From the human T2T-CHM13v2.0 reference genome, Homo sapiens, in NCBI RefSeq assembly GCF_009914755.1, contig NC_060935.1: a DNA stretch of 64,000 bases; one strand, 5' to 3'. Made by a program: the position numbers and the translations under genes. The notes beneath the pieces were generated by a model. That model searched no databases, was not told the origin of the DNA, and worked only from the letters and a program-made list of their open reading frames with translations. This document shows positions 51,951 to 64,000 of this stretch, one piece after another; within the stretch, counting starts at the first letter, position 1; every line of letters begins with the position of its first letter.

Positions 51951-53229
51951 GAAAGGTTCCATCTCTATGCAGATGTCTTAGGTGTTGTTTTACAGTTACA
52001 GTGGCTCTGGTGAGTAGAAAGCATTTCTTTTTCTTTTCAAAGCATCCATTTTGTTCTCTTTTACGCGATGAACTAGAAAACATTAGCCAGACTGAAGCCT
52101 GAAAAATGAAAACAGCACTTCTGGCACAGAAATAACTAGTCTGGGCACCTCTGGCTTGAGCGAGATCTATGACTTTCTAGGGAGCTGGCACCAAAGTCAA
52201 AATGTTAAAATAAACATCTTTGATGTAGAAAATGGAATACTGGTATTTTGACTCTGGAGAGACTAGTCTCAATCAGTCTTAGCTCTTTACAAAATTTCAA
52301 AAACGTTTAGCAACCCCATCACCACTGTATCAAACTGAACATAATCATCTTTCAATAGTCACTTCTAGATTGTCTAGGGATGGGGCTATCTTCCTCAAAT
52401 GTATCTAATGTAAATTCTGCTTTCAATTTCTTTTTGACATAATTCTCTCCTACTTACCAAATGAATCTTGTTTTCAGTTTTCTAATGGGTGAAAGCATCA
52501 TCTCATGTGCTTCGTTAAACTCTTCTTTAGAGGTGAAAATAATGCTTTTAGCCCACTTTGACTTGTTCTCCTCATGGAAATGAGTTTGCACTAAACCACA
52601 CCGATGTGTCTGGCTAGTCAATATTTGGAAAGGGGTCATAGGGCAAAATGTCTTCTCTGTGTAATATTTAAAGTTAAGAATTCTGACCTTGGCCGTCTAA
52701 GGCCTTTGCTTGTGCACGCAAGGGCAAATGTGTCCTTAAGCTTGCAGAAACATTTCTTAAATATTTCACTTAAACCTAATTTAAGTGGACCTCTGGAGAA
52801 AAGACTGCACTCAACTCTGTTCCATCATCAACATAACAAAAATTAGTTACACAAAACACACTGAAAATTCAAGGCAGCCCAAAGCAAAAGCCAGTGTTGG
52901 TCACAGTTTTCATTAGATAAGTCACATTGCTATTTAAAAAAAAAAAAAAAAGTTTAACTAATGAAAATTTATGTTTTAAAATGCTGATTTCATGAGATTA
53001 GCCAGCCTGTACCCTATACAAATTAAATCCAACTATCTCAAAGTGGCACCTGCAATAGTAGCAAACTTTTTTTTTACCAGGAAAGTCTATCGTCAGGATG
53101 GCATCTACCTACACAAAACTAATGGCATATACATTCATGAATCGTGCCCAAGGGGTGAGAAGCAAAAAAAGGAGGACTATTATTATGTCCATAATATTAT
53201 TATGTTACTAAAACATCTGATAACGATGA

Positions 53230-53480
53230 TGATGATGGTAATATTTACGTCATGCTATTAGGGCACCATGCTGCTCTAAGAGCTTTACATACACTATCTT
53301 CTTTAATCTTCATAACACCTAAACTTGTGAGGTAAGTACTACTGTCATCCCACTTTACAGATGAGGAAACCCAAGCACACAGAAGTTAAATAACTTCTCA
53401 CAGCCTAAAAATATCCAACTATTAAGCAGCAAAAGATTCAAACTCAGGTTGCTTTATCCAAAGCTGGAACTCTTACCACA
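53230..53480 (-). mobile_element. MIR
   Basis: cccactttacagatgaggaaac...agaagttaaataactt...gattcaaactcagg. Confidence 0.8.
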
Positions 53481-53579
53481 AACCAATAACAGGCAAGTGA
53501 TATATATTTGTTGAAATATAGTTTAAACGTATTTGGCCAAAGGCTTTTATAGTCATGCATACTTTAAAAAATGCATATG

Positions 53580-53895
53580 GGCCAAGCATTTGGGTTACAG
53601 ACTCATGCCTGTAATCCCAGCACTTTGGGAGGCTGAAGCAGGAGGATCACTTGAGTCCAGAAGTTCAAGACCAGCCTGGGCAACATAATGAGACCCCCAT
53701 CTCTACAAAAAAAATTTAAAAATTAACCTGGTGTGGTGGTATAAGCCTGTAGTCCCAGCTACTTAGGAAGCTGAGGCAGGAGGATCTCTTGAGCCTGGGA
53801 GTTGGAGGTTACAGTGAACTCTGGCAGTGTCACTGCACTCTAGCCTGGGTGACAGAGTAAGACCCTGCCCCAATATTTTAAAAAAGGAAAAAAAA
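53580..53895 (+). mobile_element. AluJ
   Basis: TSD AAAAATGCATA. Confidence 0.88.
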
Positions 53896-56800
53896 TGCAT
53901 ACAAAATCTATCTACTCTTTGTTCCCAATCATCCAACTAGTGAAGGTATAATTAGGCACAGGCAACAGACTACCTGCAATTTGAGAGCAGAAAACATTCT
54001 TTTTTAAAAATATCTGTAATACTTTATAGTTTCCTACCAAAAAAAAAAACAGAGCCAGAGAACCTCAGGCTAAGTAAGGCTCTTCCAAAGAAAAGGAAAT
54101 CAAAGCAGGTAGGACAAAGACAGCCAGGGTGAGCTACTAACCAAAGTATGTCACAGCTGAACATTCTCTCCTGGTAACTGTTCTGCAGTGCCGCTCTAAG
54201 CACTGCAGTGCTGCCAATATGAAGTCTGAGCTCATGAATGCCGTGCTGCAAAAGTAACCAACAACCAAATAGGAAAAGCTTCACTTTTCTCTACTGATTT
54301 TATTCATCCCAGGATCCCACTCTAGACGGTTTGAGAGTTAACAGAATTTGGGAAAGGGCCAGCTTAACCACGCAGTATTGGATGGAGTGCAGTATCCTAC
54401 TCAATAAATGAGGTTTACTTTAGTCTCTTAGTTCTTGGAATGGGTCATGTGTGTTTAAAAAAAAAAAAAAAAAAAAAAGGAGGGGGATCATAATTATTTC
54501 TAATGTTCAGAAAATACCTATTACCTAACCTCCTTCAGCCAACACAAGTATCATCTGAATTACCTCTGTCTGACTGTTATATATGGTTATAAGAAAACCC
54601 AGACCATTTCCTACAAGGGGAAAAAAAAATCACACACCTCTAAAAGACAAAACAACAAATGACACATTCTGGAGACAGATGGGGGAAAAAAATAACTCTC
54701 TGTTTCCAAATGACCCCTCTGCAGAAGTAAGATAAAGGCTGCAGTGCATGGGGAGAAAAAAAATCAACCTGAGTTAACTGAAGCAGCAGCTTCGGCAACT
54801 TCTAGTACCTATGCACCTTCACCATTGTTATATAACCAAACCATAACCTTAATAGGCCATCGTACTGTATGTCGACAGCTGTTAGGCACATCTAAGCTGT
54901 CCGCATTTGAGAACCCCTTCCAAAGTGGATTCAGAGAAGCATGGAGCAGGCCAAAATATGCTCCTAGTTCACCCAGAGCACATGACAACTCCTTGTGAAT
55001 TAAGCTTCACTCATGTAGTCAGAGTAATTTAAGCAGCAAAAGATATAGCACTTGTAACTGTAACTAGGAAATTGCACACTGCTACAGAAACACAAATGAA
55101 TGCTGGTGTGGCTCCTTCACACATGCAACTCATTGTCCAAGCCATTTCAGTCTCATTCAAGACTTTGAATATTTCCATACATAGGAATTGCACAACTGCA
55201 TACCACAAATGATCAAAGATAAAAACCAACATAAACAGTGACACCCGTTTGTAAACAAGCCAGTGTTTAAAATGCTGCAGTCCTAAAGGATACCAAGGTC
55301 TCAGAGAAAAACTATGAAAAACACACGCACGCACATATACACACACATGAAAATTAGAAAGCGGGCAGACCAGCCATAATTAGGCACTGGCTTTGCTGAC
55401 TACTGAAGATAGAAATGTCTCTTTTATATTAAAGCCAAGAATCAACTGTTTGCAATTACATTTACGAAAACATTCAACCCTGTCTGTAACAGATTTTATC
55501 AATATTTTGGTGTATCCAAGGGCTGGAAGATTCAAAATTCTTTAAATCATGAAACCATAAACCAGGCAACCAATTAAGTTCATGGAGACTATCCCCCAGA
55601 GGTCAGAGCAAAATAACCACAGGAGCACAAAGTGATTACACAGAAAATAGGCAGAAAAAAAGGAAAGAAATAGCAAAACAAGGAACAAGGCATATTGTTT
55701 GTAAATGTAAGTTTGCCTTGGCTAATAGTCAACTAGACTGGAAACACGGTGAGGGGCTGGGGTGGCAAGTGAGGAGCACACCAAAGTCTTGGCTCAATCG
55801 ACTTCCCCTGACTTCCCCTCAGGGTCTGAGGGAGCCCTGGACTTTGGTATCTCATTCAGCTCTGACCTGCAGACTGGAGGCCCTGTGATAAAAACGGACA
55901 AAAAGGCTGAAGAGGGCCCTCCAGAGGAAGTGAAACTGACCAATCAATTCGCCACAGCCACCCACCCTGACACCCTGGTAAGAAGGGCCCCTTGTAGCCT
56001 CAGGCAGAAAGATGGTGGGGAAGGAACTTCAGGTTGCAAGTGATCAGGAGAGAAGGCCTAGATAAGTCACTGGCTTCAGAAAACAAGCCACTGCCAAAAA
56101 AGCAAAAACAAGGTAGGTCATGACAACCAGAGGCTAGGCTGAGGAGGTGAGGGGAATTGATGTGGCTTTGGTAGGAGGCGGCAGCAGCTGTAAGGGTTCT
56201 TCATTCCTCAGGTTGAGGGAAAACACAAGCTGCAGTTCTAAACATAATGAATGACTACATTAAAAGTATTCATTCAAGTAAGATATTGAGCAAAGAAAAT
56301 TTTAGAGTAAAAATGGGCTTTGCGGGTTCCACCAAAACCAAAAGATTCCTCCTGATGTCTTAGATTCCAGTCCTCCCAACGAAGGCTACATGAAAGTGCT
56401 ACCATATTTCCTCAAAGAATTTTACATGCATACATATATAGCTTCCTAATTGACCTTGGCCAATTTCACTCCTATAGCGCCTCAAATCCCTTTGAGAACT
56501 AAGGGCTCGATGAGTGTAATCTCCCGGTGTCTGGGTTCTTCAATCACAAGCTTCCCCCCAACCAGTAAAAGCCCACCCTGGGTTCTACAAAGCCCACAAT
56601 TCCCGACCCTCCAACAACTAAAAATAACCAGCAATCAGCTCTCCCAAATTGTTTAACCCCTGACTACCTAGTGCCATCATAAACCTGGGACAGCCCCCAC
56701 CCCCACCTCACTCCCCCATTCCCTGGGCCCCTTCCTGTGGACAAGCAAAGCAATTTCCCCCTTATTTCCCCATTTTCCTCATTGCCTCCTCCACTAATCG

Positions 56801-57246
56801 TGTCTCCTCGGGATCCCCTTCGCACCATCTATCAGTCTTAGATGATCAAATGCGGATTCCTGTCTCTGTCTTAAGGCACCAGGATCCTGGGACCTCCCAG
56901 CGCCCTGCAGACGTGCACATTCCCAGTCCGTGCCCCAGCCGTCCTGGGTCCCCTTACAAGCCCGGGTCTGCCACTTCACCCTTGTTTTTCCCCATCCTCC
57001 GGGTCCACATTTCATATGCCCCTGCCCTCATTCCCTTATGATTCCCTAGCTGCTGGTTCCAGAGTCTTCTGGGCTTACAGTCTCCCGGCCCTCGGGGAGT
57101 TCCGACCCCTTCTTTCCAATCATCCCCTTTACCCGCCTGCCCTCAGCCCCGAGGACCCCTCCCCGCGCCCGGCTCCTGGGCGCCGGTGCTCTGTGCCCTC
57201 GGCCCCCTGCTTGGAGTTCCGCCGTCTCGAGTCCCAGGTGTCCCTA

Positions 57247-57866
<620 letters not shown>

Positions 57867-59332
57867 TGACCTCACCGGCGGGCTCGACCTTCCCGCGTGG
57901 GCCCCGGTTCCTGAGGCGCTGGCTCCCGGGTGCCCCTCTCCGGGAGCTGGCGGTGGGAACCTTCGATGGGCCCCCAACCTCGAAGTCTCCGCCACCTTTC
58001 CCGAGTGGGGGGCGCAGGATGCCCGACCCAAAGCCAACCCCCCACCGCCGCTCGAATCGCCAATGTGACCTCTGCTGTGACCTCTGTCCCAGTTCAACGA
58101 TCACCCAACCTCCCTTAACAAAAAAAAAGTGTTTCCTCATCACCAAAAATACCAGCGTTGTCCCACTTTAGCCCTTGAGGCCACAAATGCAGGAATAGCT
58201 ACACTCTTGAAGCAACTGTAACCAAGTTGGTAACAACGCAGGGGAATTCTTCGGTAAAATTCCTTCCTCTTACAAAATCCAGCTCACCCTGCACAGTCAA
58301 CCTAATTGTCACCGAATATAGGAGAATGGGGAAACTAGGATTTGCGTGTTCAAGGGCGGACAAGCCAGTCCAAACAGGCATTCCAGTCATTGGGTGGGTG
58401 ACAGCCAAAGAAGGTACGTCATTTTCCTTCCTACCACCCCCATCTCTGAACAATTCTACAGGGATGTCTGTCAGAGTGCCTACATACTATTTCTGTTGCT
58501 TGTATAACCCTGATGAAGCAGTGGTGCGCATTGTCCAATGAACCACGTCGTGTTTAAACAACAGTCGGTTAAGCAAAATAAATAAGTAAATAATAAAAAT
58601 TCCATCCTTCCTAGTGACTCTCCGAGGACATTGAGGGTCATCAAGTTAATAACTCCAGCAATTTCATATCTCTTTTTCTTCCCTTGCCTATTACCTGCAT
58701 CCTTCATAGCTCCCAGGCTTCCTCCTCCTCTCTCCCCTTCCCTTTATTAAATAGATTAACTTAGCTGCTTTAGGTGAGGGTTGCAGGTAGGAAATCAGAC
58801 TGTCAACAAAATAGTCTTTGGCAGGCTGGGTGGAAAGGAGGGAAGATTGTGAATATTCCAATGTTAAAATGTATTCCTTTGGACTAGTCCTGATCCATCC
58901 ATATCTATGTCTCTCTCAATGGTAGAACTGTATTGTGAGGTCACTGCATGCACAGTATTAAAAACTGACACCCAGGGCACTGTAAATGTGTGGAAGGATA
59001 ACTCGTGTTTACTCGCTGACCAAAGAACACCTCCTGGTGCTCCAATTCCCTATCCAACCATGAGTAATGGCTGGGACTTAAGATGGGACAGAGGGGTCAT
59101 CCCACAATGGTCTTGGATCTATTCCCTGGTAGCTGTTCCAAACTGCCAACACAATTAACACTAATTGGCTCCCTTATTAGCAACTAAAGATAAGAATGAA
59201 GTGGGCCTTGGCTTCTTGCATTGGTTAAGCCCTTTCATCAGCTGAGCTCATTCCATCCCAGATAAATGATGGGGTGTGACCTGCCTCTCCTATCACTTCA
59301 TGGCTCTCAGCTGCCTCTAGCAGGGACTATAA

Positions 59333-59660
<328 letters not shown>

Positions 59661-60259
59661 TACAGCTGCAGTTTTACCATCTCCCTGGGTGTCTCAACAG
59701 AAACCTTAGCTGGCTAGTAAAGCAAATAAAAAAATCTTTCACTGTGGAAGCTGCAGGAGCAGCACTGAAACCATTCTTACTGATGACTGTATGATCACAG
59801 AGTGTCCTCCACTAATGGAGGTAATTCGAACATCAAATATCAGAACTTTTGCTACTCTCTCAAGAGTGTCAAAAACAAAAACAACTCTGGGAAGGACCTA
59901 GAAAATGCAGCATTGTTCTAATTTCCACAGAGAAGAAGCAGATGACTCTTGTCCCTCAATAATGACCAGAACATATGCTGTGTGCTGTGTGTTATGTCAC
60001 TTACGCTCCTTTCCTGTATAGATTGAGGTCACTAGATGGTGTTTCTGATTGAGACTTTGGTAGAGACTTGCTGGAGATCTCCTTGAAGAATAGTCCTCTT
60101 TGGCACAAAGAATATAGAAAATTAGAGAAGGGAGTAATCAAAGGAGATCATCAGGCAAAAAGGAAAATAGTTTAGATGTTTACGTTTAATAAGGATTTAT
60201 TGAGTACCAAGAACTGAGTTAGGTTCTGAGAGAAACTCAGAGGAAATAGCAATCTGCCA

Positions 60260-60455
60260 CGCGTTATGCTAAACAGTGTACCTAAGGGAACTCACTTAAT
60301 CTTCACAACAACCTAATTAGATGGTTTGTATTATATCTCTATTTTGCAGATAAGGAAAATGAGGCACATAGGGATTAGGGGAATTGGCCAAAATCACAGA
60401 GCTAGAAAGTGATAGAACTGGGATTAAAACCCAGGCAACCTACCTCTGGAACCTA
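60260..60455 (-). mobile_element. MIR
   Basis: ttaatcttcacaacaacct...attttgcagataaggaaaatgaggcac...ggattaaaacccaggca. Confidence 0.8.
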
Positions 60456-60729
60456 GGATCTTCCCCATTGTATTATAATCCCTGTCAAGGTAGGAGCCAG
60501 TAGGAAAAGTGGTCTCTCCATTAAGTTCAGGGTGACTGGGCTCAGTTTCGACCCAGGGAAGAAGAGTATTTTGAGAGGTCTTGAAAGCAGGACAGAGCAG
60601 GTAGCAGAAGCGCAGGAATAAAGACAACAAGACAGTAAGACTGAATGAAGTGCCTGCGATGGCTTCACTTGTAAATAGCACCAAGAAGAGTATCATGGCT
60701 TATTGTGTAGAAGTATTTCTGGCCCTTGA

Positions 60730-61453
<724 letters not shown>

Positions 61454-62117
61454 CTAATCAGCCATCATTACCAACTCACCCTTTTCTGAAAAAGCAAAAG
61501 ATAGATTCAAAGAGGAAAACGAGACATTTTCCTATGTAATGTCATTGTGTCCTGTTTCCAGAATTTGAAAAGAGCAGACCAAGTTATTCTCAATGACAGT
61601 GATAGGAACTTGGAAACTTTTAGAAGTGATACAGAATGTCTGAGGACCTAAGGTCTGACCTGAGAGTGATACAAACAGTGAGATGTCACATATTTTCAGT
61701 GATTTTCAAAGAACACTTAGGCTGCCTGCAGAGCAGTTTACCTGCAACCTGAAAGAAAATTGCAGCCTTACAATGTTGCTCCTTAGACTCTCGGAGCATG
61801 AGGACTTGAAGAAAGCCAGGCTTTGCACTTTTTATTGGTCCAACTCATTACTACTCTGAAAAAAAAAAGAAAAAAAGCTAAATTTATACATGCAATGTTG
61901 ATACAGGAGCATTATTCAGAAATTCTGTATGCCAAAAGACAACATCGTAGTATATTTACATGCTACTAATTCCCCAAATAAGGAAATTACTCGCTGATTA
62001 TAAATTCTGCCATCACATAGGAATCAAGGCACTGTTGGACACACATTGAACACTCCAAATGCCCTGGTTCTGTGGGTGAGCTGAATGCACACATTCTCTC
62101 TCTTAAGACTGTGTTCT

Positions 62118-62495
<378 letters not shown>

Positions 62496-62765
62496 TCACA
62501 TCCCAATTTCCCCAGGGCATCCGAAGCAGGTCTGAGCAGCCAAGGATAACTACTTAGTCTCCTGCTAGAAAATATCTCAGGTAGGTTGTATAAGGGAAGC
62601 TAAGTAAGCTTTCAGTCAACGACTTTCTGTTCAGTCTGCCCACATTGTTCTTTTTAATGTAGCCATTCAAGCTGTGATGCAAAACATAAAAATTGCCCTT
62701 ATTACTTTGCATATGTTCTAGGATATGGTTGAAACATTTTTAGATTATTATTAATTATCCTTTGA

Positions 62766-63360
<595 letters not shown>

Positions 63361-63507
63361 AAGTATAATTTTCAAAAGGTCTTCTTCAACCTTAGATGTG
63401 ACTGTATTATCATTTGGGATCAATGTCTTCCTTGGGCAAATATACCTTTGGTTTTATAAGAAAAATCAATGGCAAAATACATTTAGTAAAGAAAAAAAAT
63501 CATCTAG

Positions 63508-63819
<312 letters not shown>

Positions 63820-64000
63820 AGGACAACATTTTTAATAAAAGTGTGTTCCTTAAGGTGGAGGATCCCTTGTTACCCTGTAATCAACTCTCTAATATTTATA
63901 CTACTAATTTTTGTCTTATAATTTACTTATTTCTCCTAAGTAAAAAATATGATATTCAACAAATATTGATTAAGATATTGACATATTTGGATCCTTTTCT

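Overview
Human (or very close hominoid) genomic DNA covering the 5' end of SIK3 (salt-inducible kinase 3/QSK) on the minus strand. The only credible coding sequence is exon 1 (57678->57406, 273 nt, 91 codons, ending just before the VAIK lysine). It sits in a CpG-island promoter (~56.9-58.1 kb). Bases 1-57405 are part of the very long first intron and 57.7-64 kb is upstream sequence. Non-coding DNA is dominated by interspersed repeats: about 60 Alu copies or fragments (roughly a quarter of the window), L1 fragments, MIR/L2, two solo LTRs and DNA-transposon fossils. Nearly all other ORFs in the track are Alu-derived or GC-rich shadow frames. I see no evidence of a new multi-gene system. The best leads are regulatory: (1) an Inr plus a perfect TISU/YY1 element on the start codon, implying a ~13-nt 5'UTR; (2) a compact promoter module with a duplicated RFX X-box, an E-box/CLEAR site and CREs; (3) splice signals for a divergent spliced + strand lncRNA; (4) a recursive-splice-like site deep in intron 1; (5) several fold-back/template-switch repair scars. 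Repeat boundaries and subfamilies were read by eye and are approximate.
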